Below, piece by piece: positions 36,431 through 49,037 of a DNA stretch of 64,000 nt (the stretch's first letter is position 1; each line of letters begins with the position of its first letter). The notes under the pieces are model-generated. The model did not search any database. It was not told where the DNA came from and saw nothing but the letters and a program-made list of their open reading frames with translations. Both the position numbers and the translations under genes were made by a program. Source of the DNA: Rotaria sp. (Eukaryota); assembly GCA_905250055.1 (NCBI GenBank), contig CAJNOF010000004.1, positions 951,250 to 1,015,249 of the forward strand, in the 5' to 3' direction.

Positions 36431-38164
36431 AATGATTAATGATTTGAATATTAAAATAAAAATATCAAACAAAATAAAACATAGCTTCGACAAGATTTTA
36501 AATTTTTGAAAGTTCAAAAAGATAACAATAAAGAACTGATCTTTGAATTTTGCTTCATGATAGAAACGTATTTTGATTGTTACTCTTTATATCACTAATA
36601 ATAAGAGAACTATATGTATTTTTTTCTACAGAATCTATATTTCAACAATGCTTTTTTTTTTATTTTGGGAAACATGAATGCATGAAATGATTGGTGAAAA
36701 TTCAATAGAGTATAGCAGAGATCCATAAGTCAGACTCGCGCTTCCTATACCAACCCATAGGACAGCTAAATATGTTGTCTATATACTATAATCGATGAAA
36801 TAAGGTATATAATCCTTCTTAGTAGATTTCCAATAGAATTTTTCGATAACCCAATAAAAGAGAAAAAAAACAGCAAAAAAAACAAAAAGCAATATAATTT
36901 TTTATTTATGGTTTAGTGGGATTTTATTTTATAAACTCTTATCTAAGTTAATTATTTCACCTTGTTTATAAACAATTGCGATATACTTATTTTAAGTTAT
37001 GTTCAACTTTAATTTAAGTTTACTCAAATCTAAGACGTTAGAGTTCGTCAGTGTTCACCAATGTATTCAAGTTGAATCTAGTTTATCTGAGTACGCCTCA
37101 ACCAAAAAAAAGAGAAAGGATTTTTAAGTTCATGCCTTTTGAATAGCATTTGTTTTATCAATGTTTATTTGTCTTCGAATTAAATACTTTAAAAACTTGA
37201 AAATATTGATTGGCCTATTCCTAAAAGTATTTTCGAAAAATTATTTTGCGATGTCAACTCACAAGAAGATATTGATACAGATATCACAATTTGAATACGT
37301 GAAAATGAATAGTCCGGCTAATTTATAAAAGTAAGTGCGTGCTAATTTGTTCATGCAAACAAAAATTAAAATTTATTTTCAAATAAAAGAAAATTATTTT
37401 CTGACTAATTAAAAATGAATTCTACACAGGTTCGATTTTGTCTAGGACATAAACATATCCTTTTTAATCACTACTATGTCTGTAGGACTGTATCAACACG
37501 ATCTGTTACTTTTGAAAAAAAAAGGTACTTTTAGAACTGAGAGGTATCAAGAGAACTACATCTGCTAGTAGAAAGAATACTGACGGCAGTAAATGAAATG
37601 AGATGAATAAGAGAGTATCAAGTAAAGTCACATCTTTGAAGTATGACATTGATTGATTCTAGAGCTTTTTTTCTTACATTAAACTTCTGCAAGAAATATG
37701 ATCAAATCGAAACTCAATTAAATATCCAGTTTTTTTTTTAACTATGAAAACCAGTCAGACATAATAGAATATCTAGGTTATTCTATTGCGGGGAGGAATT
37801 TTTACATAGTTCGAAAATTTAAGCTCAAAGTTTTACCATTAGAAATGCAATTTGTAACTGTTCCATATCAATTTTAATTTTAAATGATATAAAATAAATC
37901 ATTTCTGTGAACTAATATATTCCGAGACTTTGTTTTATAGGAAATAGTGTATATGAATAGTTATTTTGGAAAGTTTATTTGAACTTCTCAGTTTAAACTA
38001 ATGCCAAACTCATAGCGAATAATATTCAATGAGATTATCGATATTAAAAACTATCGTCTTGTATGCTGAAGTTTTCATTTTTTATCTGTGTATAATGACC
38101 AATAATATTTTAAATATGTATAAGTTTTTAAACAAATTGTTTCTTTACCTAGACATTACATTAA

Positions 38165-40962
38165 TTCCAATCGCAGTTGCTTCCGGTATAGGATAAACAC
38201 ATTCAAGACTTAAATCCATTGATATAGGTGATAAAGGTATTGATACAAAACCAACAAAAGCAAATGCAAAATAAATAAAATATCTCCATAGTCGACTAAT
38301 AATAAACTAAAACATTAAATGTATAAAAATCTATTCGATGAATAATTTTCATACCAAAACAAGAACAATATAAGCAACTGAACTTGCTGTATATAATATT
38401 TTTGAAATTTCTTCCAATTTTCCTGTTTTATCAGCAACATAACCAGCTATCAATGAACCTAAACTTCCTGCTCCAATAAAACATCCTAAACAAATTCCAA
38501 CAGTTACATTATCATAACCAAATGGACACATCATTTGTTCAACTAATGTTGAAAGTGTATTAAAACATCCAAGTGCAATACCACAACTAATAAATACAAC
38601 CACATAAGATTTCGATCGATAAAGCTAAAGATAAAAAATATCATAGACTAGTTTTTATTTTTGCTTTCCTACTCTTTTTAAAGATAATATAAATGGTTGT
38701 TGAGTATGAACAACTGCTTTACATGATGGTGTAGGTGGTTCTGATGATCGAATTCCAAGACAAAGTATACCAGCTAATAAAGCTGGTATTACACTTAAAT
38801 ATAACTGAACAAAAAACATGGACAAAAAATTCATAGCAATAGATAGAGATTATACACAAACCAATAAGGGAATTTTGCTCATGTCAGGCACGATAATTGG
38901 TGAAAGAATACTGCCGATAAGTATACCTAAAAAGTTACCTAAAAAAACAATTGAATGGACCCTGTCCGTTATAACGATCTATCTTAAATCAAGATTCATA
39001 TATGTGGTTTTGTAAAACAATTTGTAGTACATCGGTTAGTATATAAGAAATGAAGTTTTTCTTAAATTTTGATGCTTTTAAGGTTCATATGCTGATTATA
39101 ATCTTCGAAAAAAATCTATGGTAATGATAGACATCGTGCTTCCTAAGATATTCCTTGATAGACTTATGCAAATTTTGTTTTTTTTTTTTAATTCCGTTCC
39201 ATAGAGTTATAGATACTCTTCAATTTTCTATAATCAACACACTATTGACTTCTATATGTTTCACAGATCACATCTTTCGGAAAAGTAGGAAATCACTGCC
39301 AACTTGCAAGATTATTCCTAGAATAGACTATTTTTCTACGTAAAGGAATCAGTACATTGAAGATGTTTCAGCAATATTCAACGATTGTATTGCAAAATTG
39401 TTATGCACTAATAATCAACGCAGCACCCATGATGAACTGCTTTATAAACGAGAAAAGATTTTTTGACCTCCAAATCCCTGGAGAAGAGTGCGAAGATATG
39501 GAAAAATTCATTTTTGACACGAATACAAGATATTTATTAATTCTTATAATGCTTCATGCATACATCAAACCTGAATACTCTGAATAAAAAAAAATGTGAA
39601 GAATGAATAATAAAAAGAGCAGAGCTTCTTCCTGCGACTATGTTCCGGTACTCAGCTCCATGTGTCTCGAGAACAAGAAGTATTTTTCTGTTTATAAATG
39701 GGTTATTTATAGCAGTTCATCATGGATACTGTACTGATTATTAGCGCATTAAAATTTTTAACTGAACCATTGAGTATTGTTAGAATAATCTCAACATACC
39801 AGCCCTTTCATTTGAGAAAATATGTATTGTAACAGACAATCGTGCAAGTTGACAATGAATTTCTGCTGTATCAAAAGATTTTATCCGTGAAACATATAGA
39901 GCTGCGCAAATTTGAACACATTGAAATATCATATAGTCAAGAAATGACCTAGACTTACGAAAAGGGACAATTTTTAAGTATGAAGAAACCAACGATGAAA
40001 ACTATTGATTATAGAAAATTGAAGAGTATTTATAGCTATATCGAACTGAGTTTAAAAACAAAATTTCCATAAGTTTATTTTACAGACTACAACATCTATG
40101 AGTACCATATATATTCCTGAAGGATGTAAATCAGCTTTAGTGCATAAAAATTTGATGAAAATTTGATTTCTTAAATATCGTTCAACACATTGCAAACAAC
40201 TCTACAAAACCACGCATATGGTATTCTCGTTTAAGACAGGTCTCCAAGTTCAGTGGGATCATTAAAATAAAAATTTCTTTCAAATCATACTTCCGATAGC
40301 AATCGAATTAGCTAATGAACGTTGTTTTTCAGAAAACCATATAAAACTAAATTTTGTTGGAATAAATAGAATAAAAGTTTGCGCTAATGCACATACAAAT
40401 TGTCCTAAAATTCACAATTTCTTTTTCTTTTGAAATACATAATGTATATTATATTTTACCAATCATCAATATTACAAATCGTCCTTGTGCACTAATTACT
40501 GTCAATACACTAAAACATCGAATAATACTTCCAATAGCATTCATCCAAACACCAATATACATCTATTAAAAGAAAAAAAAAATAATTAAAGTCATATTAT
40601 CGTAAAAGCATATCTCAAATCAAACCCCAGCACGAACACCAAGTTTATCAATTAACCAAGTTGATGGTAATGTAAATGGTATTGTTACAATCATATACAT
40701 TAAACTAAGCCAATTAATTGCATCATAACTAACCTTATAATATTCTACACCTAAATTTGCAATAGGTGAAAAATTAATCCATATCTAAAGATAAATATTA
40801 GATGAATTAATTTAATAGTTTTAACTTACTAAAGCATTGGATATTTGAGCTAAACAAACAACAAATAAATAGAACCATCGTCGTTTATAAGTGATATAGA
40901 CTTTGGCAATTGATTCATTTATCTCTTCATTATCACTTTGACTTAGTTCTTCATAATCAGCC
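38165..40962 (-). CDS. MFS transporter of the FLVCR family, copy B (tandem paralogue of the 18047-22130 gene); 3' end not resolved
   Basis: Start MADYEELSQSDNEEINESIAKVYITYKRRWFYLFVVCLAQISNAL (ATG 40962). Exons parallel copy A: GQFVCALAQTFILFIPTKFSFIWFSEKQRSLANSIAIG | SNFLGILIGSILSPIIVPDMSKIPLL | LYLSVIPALLAGILCLGIRSSEPPTPSC.. | ..MMCPFGYDNVTVGICLGCFIGAGSLGSLIAGYVADKTGKLEE.. | ..SIPLSPISMDLSLECVYPIPEATAIGINVMSR (donor gtaaag at ~38165). Further 3' exons were not located. Confidence 0.7.
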
Positions 40963-41962
40963 ATCTGAAAATAGAAATTTCTTTTGAAAAGAAAATTCTT
41001 TTTTTCCTATTATTAGAAATATACAAAAAGCAATAAAAGTCGATTTGTCATATATTTCAATAGATCCTACATTCTGAAAATTTATTTTATAAAATGTAAA
41101 GAAAAAAAAAATGGATTTCAAGAGAAAGAATTTTTAATTCGTTGCACATTAAAATAATATTTATACATTTCCCATTAGAGATGTCTGAGTCAAGTTGTAA
41201 CCCTGGCCTCAGTAGCCGAGACCAAAACTACGAGAAAAATATTGCCAAGACTAGAACTCAAGTCTATAGTAAAATATTCTATCGTTTTACGCAAATTATC
41301 TTAGAAATCATATGAGTCAGAACATAGTTCAAGAGACATCACTTGAAAAACTGCTAGCCATCGACTAAAAAAATCAAAAAACCGCGTATTGAGGAATTAT
41401 TTCAAACATAATACGAATTTGTCCTGGAATAGCTTTCTCGAAACCGAGACTATGACCGGGACCAAAGAACTTTTCTCACACATACCTACTGTCCACTCAT
41501 AAAAACAATATCACAAAACTCTAAACTAACTTAAAACAAAGGAATTGCGATGGTGAACTCCACTATCTCTGTCTAAATGAAATAAAAACTATAGATATGC
41601 AGAGTAAACTTTGTTCGTATCTTAACTGAGAAAAATTTTCTGACGCTTACCCTACACTATCTCACACATCTCTAATAAAAACCAGATTATAACTAAATAA
41701 AAATCAATTTTTCTCTTTTTTTTCCGATGAAATAAAAGCTTTTTCTCGTGATATTTGTTTTTGTTTTCACTAATTCTTTGAGCAACATTGATTATTGCTC
41801 TAGTCTCTGCATATCTAAAACTTTGGTTGAGTTAATACATATAAAAAGAAAAACAACATTGAAGCACCGGTTATTTCTGTTTTTATCTGTATAAATAGTA
41901 AAAATAATACAAGAAGACAAAAAAGAAAAAAAAGTTTCTTGATTCTTTTTATTTTTATTTTA

Positions 41963-42760
41963 ATAATGTTCTTCAATTGGATTTCCTTCATCAACAAGAC
42001 CATGTTCAATCATCGCTTTTTGTCGAAGTTTTTCAATATGTTCTTTTTTTTCAATATCTTGTTTTTGTAATTTAAGAATTTCTTCAATTGATACTTCATA
42101 AAGTGGTACACGTAATGGTTTATGAAAATCTAATTCACCAATAAGTAAAACATTTTCACCACGTATTACAAATAAACCACGAGGAATATCGGCATATTGT
42201 TGACCAACACAAATACGTTCAAATGCTTGATGAAGAACAAGATTACCTTTTAAAAAGAGATTTTCAATAACAAACGTTTATTTTTAATATTATTTAGTTT
42301 TTTTTTCCAATGCAAATATTTAACTAGAACTTTCAATTGTACATAATCATTCTTTTTCTTTTTGAAACTTATTTACTGCAATACAGATATGCTAATTAGA
42401 GACATGCTTAATCCTTTAGTTTGCATTTAATATATAAGAATATATCACTCAGTTCAATAGTAATAGTATCTCATGAAATTGATCCATCGTCTTTTGAAAA
42501 GAAGTTTTTTTTTTCTATCAGAAAATGACATGAACTGTATTTTTTTCACACATACCGAATTGATCAAGGCTTCTTAAAAAAGCAATAAGTGTTCGACCAT
42601 CACGTAGCATAACCATTAGCTGTTCTAAGCAAATATGTACCATAGAAATAGTAGATATTATATTGTATAATCAATTATACATTTTGATTCCTTACTATCG
42701 ATGTCGCCAATCAATGTTGCCATACCAGATAGATAAAAATCATTGTTAACAATACTCAAA
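41963..42760 (-). CDS. LSM1: U6 snRNA-associated Sm-like protein LSm1, 3 exons
   Basis: MDLSIVNNDFYLSGMATLIGDID | KQLMVMLRDGRTLIAFLRSLDQF | GNLVLHQAFERICVGQQYADIPRGLFVIRGENVLLIGELDFHKPLRVPLYEVSIEEILKLQKQ...EEHY*. Collinear with human LSM1 (TASLIEDIDKKHLVLLRDGRTLIGFLRSIDQFANLVLHQTVERIHVGKKYGDIPRGIFVVRGENVVLLGEIDLEKESDTPLQQVSIEEIL). Confidence 0.85.
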
Positions 42761-43214
42761 TCCATTATTAGTTTATTGATTTTATAAAAATAAAAATCTA
42801 AAACATAATAATTTAACAAATTTTATTTTGTTCTCGTTCAATGCACACATAGACAATCGCTTAAATCGTATTCAACCCTTTTTTTTTTTACTCCGCCTCG
42901 TTTCGCATATGTAATTGAAAGTTTTCCTTTTCTCTTCTATATACATATATATCATTATTCAATCACGTATGCAGCTCACTACTAGAGTATCAATTAGGTT
43001 AAACATAAGCGAAAAAAAGGAGACAGACGCCTTGTCTTCTTCGTTTTTTTTTCTTCTCCTTCGCATCTTTTTTTTTTGTTATGTGTAGGCGAAACATGTA
43101 TGTATATATGTATATATATATATATGTATATTTAAAAGCGAATTGAAGTAAAGGAAGAAAAAAACAAAATGATAATGTTATAGATGTATTGATCAAAGTT
43201 GATCTAATATTATC

Positions 43215-44258
43215 ATGGGCAATTCAAGAAGTAATTATGAACGACATGAAGATGATGAGCAACAACAACGAATTGTTATTGGAAAAGAATTTCGTCTTGT
43301 TCTTGGACAACTTAATTTATCATCAAATATAATAAAACGAAAAAAAAATTTTTCAAATAATAAACAACAAAATCCTCGAAAAGTTTCTTTATCGTCATCA
43401 AACTCAACAATAACATCATCATCGTCTTTCGATAATCATCATTCATCTGTTTATGTTATTCAACTTGATATACCTACTTCTCCATTCGATTCAAATGAAC
43501 TCGATACTCATGCTTTTATTCAATATTTATTTCATCAAGATTCTTATGGTAAAGAACTTACACATATATTTAAAATTCCTATTCCTACTACAAATAATAA
43601 TAATCAAAAATCTCAATCAAAAACCTTACCAACACTTAAAATAGTTGCGATTTATTATGATCAACCAACAACAACTAATGAATTAAATATTGAAACAATT
43701 TCCTTACTCTCTGAACATGAACTTGAACAAAAATGTCAAGAATTTAACGAAAAAAATATTTTATCTATTTATACATCAAGTAGATTAATCTTTTATTCAT
43801 TTTGTTATTTTTTTTCTTTTCGATTTAATTTAGAAACACAAGCCTATATCATTTATACAAAAAAATCAATAATGCATAATAAATATAAATTAATTCGTTC
43901 AACAACTATGTCAAAAACCATACTTGAAAATTTTGAATGGCTTCATCCGTTTATTAACTATTCAAATTTAGGTTATCGTTTATGTGGAATGATTCCTATT
44001 ATTAATTCTTCGTTAAATACCTCATTTACTATTTATTGGTTATTCGAACAAACAGAAACAAATGAAACTCTTCAATATGACTATTGTATAATTGAATATC
44101 AATTAAAAACCTTCTCATTTAATAGTTGGACGTCATTACTTAATTTAATGTCAAAACAAGAATGGAAGTTAGTAGCAACATTCGATTACAATCAAAAGAA
44201 AAAACATGGAGAACAAATATATTTTCTACTTTTTTTTCAAAGAATAAAAAATTATTAG
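43215..44258 (+). CDS. N-myristoylation-motif (MGNSRS) protein of unknown function, 347-aa ORF (possible in-frame 54-nt intron at ~43786-43839)
   Basis: Long ORF starting MGNSRSNYERHEDDEQQQ (Gly2 and Ser6 fit the N-myristoylation consensus). Ser/Asn-rich linker, then a conserved-looking C-terminal region (..FEWLHPFINYSNLGYRLCGMIPIINSSLNTSFTIYWLFEQTE..YDYCIIEYQLKTFSFNSWTSLLNLMSKQEWKLVATFDY). Divergent from LSM1, whose start codon is ~455 bp upstream. Confidence 0.5.
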   Translation: MGNSRSNYERHEDDEQQQRIVIGKEFRLVLGQLNLSSNIIKRKKNFSNNKQQNPRKVSLSSSNSTITSSSSFDNHHSSVYVIQLDIPTSPFDSNELDTHAFIQYLFHQDSYGKELTHIFKIPIPTTNNNNQKSQSKTLPTLKIVAIYYDQPTTTNELNIETISLLSEHELEQKCQEFNEKNILSIYTSSRLIFYSFCYFFSFRFNLETQAYIIYTKKSIMHNKYKLIRSTTMSKTILENFEWLHPFINYSNLGYRLCGMIPIINSSLNTSFTIYWLFEQTETNETLQYDYCIIEYQLKTFSFNSWTSLLNLMSKQEWKLVATFDYNQKKKHGEQIYFLLFFQRIKNY

Positions 44259-44377
44259 AAATAAAACATAAATATGCTTAATTATTATTATCAAACGATA
44301 AGGGCTGAATTAAAGGATGAAAAAGCAATATTAAGATTTGATTGGGGTTTAGTTGTAAAACTAAACTAAACATTTTC

Positions 44378-47300
44378 TTTTTAATATCGACTAATATCTC
44401 GTCCAAATAAATGAGTACGAACCCAATCAAATGCAAGTAATGTTTTCGTTCGTCCAGTAAACATTTCAGTAAGATAAAATGATTTCCATAAATAAGCAGC
44501 ACTACGACCTGATATTGGTTTTAAATCAAATACATCAAGAAGTGGTTTTGTACCAGTAAAATCAGCTACTGCTGCATCACCACCAACATATGCTAATGAG
44601 CCCATATGTTTATATTGAAATGGTTTTAAATTTTGTTGTTCAAAATTATTTAATTGTAAATCAGTTAATTTATTAAGTAATCCAGCGACATAACGACCTT
44701 CTTGAGATGCAACTTGAGCTGTTGCTGGTAAGGCACGAATTTTTTGATCGGCTTTTTCAAGAGCTGAACGAAGTGCAGCAAGTGTTAGATAACCAGACTT
44801 TTCTTTATCAGCTTCTTCAAATGCTTTTTCGACACTCTTGGAAACTACTTCAAGCTAAAAAGAAAATGAGATTGAATTTTTATAGAAAAAAAAATTATAA
44901 ATATTGTTTACAAGATACTCAACGCAGAGATGAAACGAGTCTACTTTATTTTGTTTCCTGTTTTTATCATGTCGACTTATTCAAAACTCCTATTGGCCTT
45001 AAGGTTATCTGTAGAGGTCATGTAATGAAATCTTGTTGGCAGTTGACCATGTTAGATAATATTATTTATCTGAAAGCATTTTTATAATCAGTTCATTGGA
45101 TATATTGGTAAAAACTTTAAGCTTGCAATGAATAATGCGGAGACGGAACTATTACTAGTCGTCAATAGTCCAGACTAGTCACATGTTTGGTTCAACATTC
45201 GATAGAAATTGAAAAGTTATGTACATTCTTTAGCGAATAAGTGTAACGTATCTGTAGCATGCAATGTATGTATGATATTTTCCTCTTCTTACTACTTCGC
45301 ATCTTATGGATTGTCCTTATATTTTTGGCCTGACGTCGTACATCGTATTGTACTTTGTCCATCCCATATTATACTTATCTTCTCTCCTTGCTATCGTTTA
45401 CTTTCCTCTTCTTTCCTTCTCTTCCATGGAAGAGTATATAAGTGTATGCTTTGTATGTAAACGATGCTATTCTTGATAGGAAGAAACATAATAAAGCGTA
45501 GTGTCATCAGCGCTAACACTTCTTCTATCTAAAATCGTCACAATAAGTCGAAGGTATTTATAAGAATATTCGTTTAGAAAAGAGACAGTTTCTTATTTGT
45601 GAACACCGGACTGGTATGCTACGAAGTAAAAGAATGAAAATCGGAAATAGATATTTCTTAAAAATTGATACTTTAATCGATAATGTTTGCAAGTCATTTT
45701 TAATAATGAATTCTATGAAGAACGGAAACGCAATAAATGTTTCGAGAATCTTCATTATATAAGTAGTTTGTGAAGGACTGCTCCGATATAATTAATCAAA
45801 GAGGAAAAGACACTTCTAAAGAAAAAAAGAATATCAATTATTTTCTTCCGTTTTATCACTTTAGTTTTAATTATAATTCGAAACTCTTTTGACTTTTCAT
45901 CGGCTTTGTTTGAGAAAATTTCATCATAGCGTATAGTGCAAAAGTCTTTGCATCATTTTTCAATCACTAAAAGGCAATTGGTTAGAGTCGAAATCAGAGT
46001 TTTCCTTTATTTTCGAACATATGTTAAGATTTTTCTTTTAGAGTAAAACTAAACAACTATCAGTAAATTTTCTGAAAAAATCCAAAAACGTGTCTGTACA
46101 AAACAAAATAGGAGTTATGACGCAGTCTCTAATTTGTATCTTGGAACAGTTTCAACCCAACAGAGTTATAGAGCGTTGAATATAGATATTACAATAATCC
46201 AAATATTATCTATTCATTTTCACTAAAGTGCTAGGTTCTATAATCACAGACATTGGTAAAAAAGTTGTTTCTTGTAAAAATACAAAAGTTTCGAAGTGTA
46301 TCAGAAAAGTAAATAGTACACTTTGTAGAGTCAAATGAGCCATTAACAACTATTTCACATTATGAATATCATAGTTTTCATACAAAACTGAGTGAAATAG
46401 TATTCTGTACAAATACTATTGTGAAACAATTTGATGATAATTGTCCAACCTTACTTCAGAATGACAATCTGAACATATATTCGGAAAAAACAAAAAATTC
46501 TGATTCTAGTTCTAACTAACCGTTTTTAAGTAAACGGGAAAATGAGTCGATATTTTGTGTCAAGATTTTTGTGCTATACGTAATCTTTTGTCAGAAATAA
46601 TTAAACAAAAAAAAATATTTAAATACTTGTGGAAATTCTGTCATTTTCTTTTCAACTAATGTTCGAAATTGATGAACATCTAGTGCACCTCGATGTTCTG
46701 TATCGACTTCTTCGAATAATGAATGAATACGATCAACTAATTTTGGTATCTGAATTGTAGCACAATCACCAAGAGCAAATATTGAACTATCATCAACACC
46801 TTTTACACGCAAATATTGATCAGTAAGAAGACCCATACGATTGCTTTGAATATTTAAGCCAATTATTTCTCGAATTTTATTTGTTAATGGTCGAGCTTTA
46901 ATTCCAGTTGCCCAAACAACAACTGAACATGGAAGTGGTTTAAGTTCATTGGAATCTTTTAATTGTATAATGACTTCACGTTGTTTAACTTCTTTAACAA
47001 ATGTATTCATTAATACATCAATGTTTTCACGATGAAAATGTCTTTCGGTATAATCACTTATTTTTTTATCCTACACAAAAAAAAGTTAATCAAAAGACTT
47101 TAATTAATGAAACAAAACAAATCTACCAACCATCATTGATAAAATATGATCAAGTGCTTCGATTAATGTTATTTTTACATCATTAGCAACAAGACGTGGA
47201 AAATAAGTTTGCAGGTCTTCACGAACTAAATCGGCAAGCTAAAATTACATATATAACTTTAATTTAATACTATAATTTCATTTCAGCACTGAGCAAAAGT

Positions 47301-49037
47301 GTGACACAGTGTGAAACAACTCTATTAACTAGACTAGCTTCTACAACAAAATACAAAGTTTTGAATGAAGTCTCTTGAAGATATGAGACTTTTAAAAATT
47401 GCATGTTGTATACACAACGTTTAGGAAAGGTTCTACACCTTGAAAGTCTCATGTCATGAAGAGACTGCTCAAAACTTTTAAATCTTTTTTGAAACTAGTA
47501 TAGTTGAGTTCTGTATATGCAAAACGTCTTAGATCGAAATTCTAAAATACAAGTTATCCGAAAACATGGGATCCAGAAAATATCGACAGCTTACGAAGTA
47601 ATCTCTGTAGATACCAAATCGTGTTTTGATCAAGACGATGTTCATTTCATGAGAAATAGAAAAATCTAGAATAGTTTGGTTTTTTGGACCTTCGTTCTTA
47701 AGACGTCGATATTTTACTAAGTTTATCAACAAAAAAGCTATGATCCTTCAGACGATGTAAAAAATCAATATTTGACTTCTACTCTGTACGAACAAAGTTC
47801 GAAATAAGATTAGAAGATTGTGCAACTAGTATTTCCGTTCTAGAGATGTAAACATATGAATAAAATTTGCTTCTATATATGAAGGATTTTCAAACATTTC
47901 GATACTTTAACAATGAAGATCTGGAAGATCAAATCGTTTGCAACTTTTTTATGACTCATCAAATGAATACCATCTCGTTAGAAAATCCATTTGATACCTG
48001 GAGAGGTTTCTTCGTTAATTAATTCACTCTATATTTTTTTATATCCTTCCGTTGCTATTATTTCTAACAAAACAAATTGCAAATAATTTAATATTTAAGC
48101 AAAATTGATGTTGATTAACTATTTCAATATAGATTTACTTCGGCAGCAAATTCTACACCTGTTGGTCCACCTCCAACAACAACAAAATGGAGAAGACGTT
48201 TTCTTTCGGCTGGTGTTTGTGTTGGTGTCATGGCTGATTCAAAAGCGTCACTAATTGCTGAACGTATACGTCGAGCATCAAGAAGTTCCTTAAGAAAATG
48301 TGCATGTTCTTCAACACCTGGAGTATTAAATGTATTATTTTCTGATCCAATAGCAACAACAAGTATATCATATTTCATTTGAAATTCAGGTCGAACTCGA
48401 GCTAATTTAAATTAGAAACAAAGAAGAATAAATTTTTTCATAGAGAAAAATTTCTTCACCTGAATCTTTAATTATTCTTGATGATGCACCATCTATACGT
48501 CTTGATGGTACAAGTATTGCTTTAACATCATCACCACGAGATACTGTTTGTTCTCCATCACTATTACATGTTATAACTTTTGCTTTTGGATCTACATTAA
48601 CACAATGTGCTTCAATATATTTAACACGTGGTCCAATAAGTGAACGAATTGATTCAATGACTGTTCGAGTTTCAACTGTACCAACACTAACAGATGGTAA
48701 TAATGGTGTCATTAAAAAATAATTACGTGGTGATACACAAACAACTTCATATTTTTGAGTATCAATATGTTTTAAAAGTGGTACAGCACCCCAACCTGTA
48801 TAGAACTATTAAAATAAATAAAAGTAATTAAATTAATATTTCACCTGTTCCAAGTACAATAACACGTGGTTTAGCACCAATAGTCTTATCAGAATCACTC
48901 ATTTCATTAAACCATCGATAATGACGATAACTACGATAACCATAAAATGTACCGAGACCAACAACGGTAATAATGAAAAAATTTTTTAAACGTCGTTTTA
49001 ATTTTCCACCTAATTTAATAGAACCTTTTTTGAATCC
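44378..49037 (-). CDS. Type II (alternative, rotenone-insensitive-type) NADH dehydrogenase NDH-2 with an internal EF-hand, NDI1/NDE/NDB-like; ~7 exons incl. a 1.75-kb intron
   Basis: Exons (minus strand): ~48838-49037 (..GSIKLGGKLKRRLKNFFIITVVGLGTFYGYRS..KPRVIVLGTG, dinucleotide-binding GxGxxG), 48467-48815 (GWGAVPLLKHIDTQKYEVVCVSPRNYFLMTPLLPSVSVGTVETRTVIESIR...), 48143-48397 (..KYDILVVAIGSENNTFNTPGVEEHAHFLKEL..LLHFVVVGGGPTGVEFAAE, second GxGxxG), ~47137-47250 (LADLVREDLQTYFPRLVANDVKITLIEALDHILSMM), 46613-47075 (DKKISDY...VVWATGIKARPL...SIFALGDCATIQIPKLVDR..EEVDTEHRGALDVHQFRTLVEKKMTEFPQ), and 44378-44863 (LEVVSKSVEKAFEEADKEKSGYLTLAALRSALEKADQKIRALPATAQVASQEGRYVAGLLNKL...FQYKHMGSLAYVGGDAAVADF..RSAAYLWKSFYLTEMFTGRTKTLLAFDWVRTHLFGRDISRY*). 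ALGDCA, LPATAQVA.QEG.Y and the C-terminal membrane-anchor helix are NDH-2 signatures. The N-terminus needs a +1 correction in an A6 homopolymer (or an upstream exon) to reach ATGATG at ~49037. Confidence 0.8.

Noticed and set aside
44707-45460. Plus-strand ORFs (126 aa and 83 aa) inside the large NDH-2 intron
   Set aside because: One is the antisense of the NDH-2 last exon (44707-44863) extended into the intron, and the other is low complexity. Neither is independently supported.
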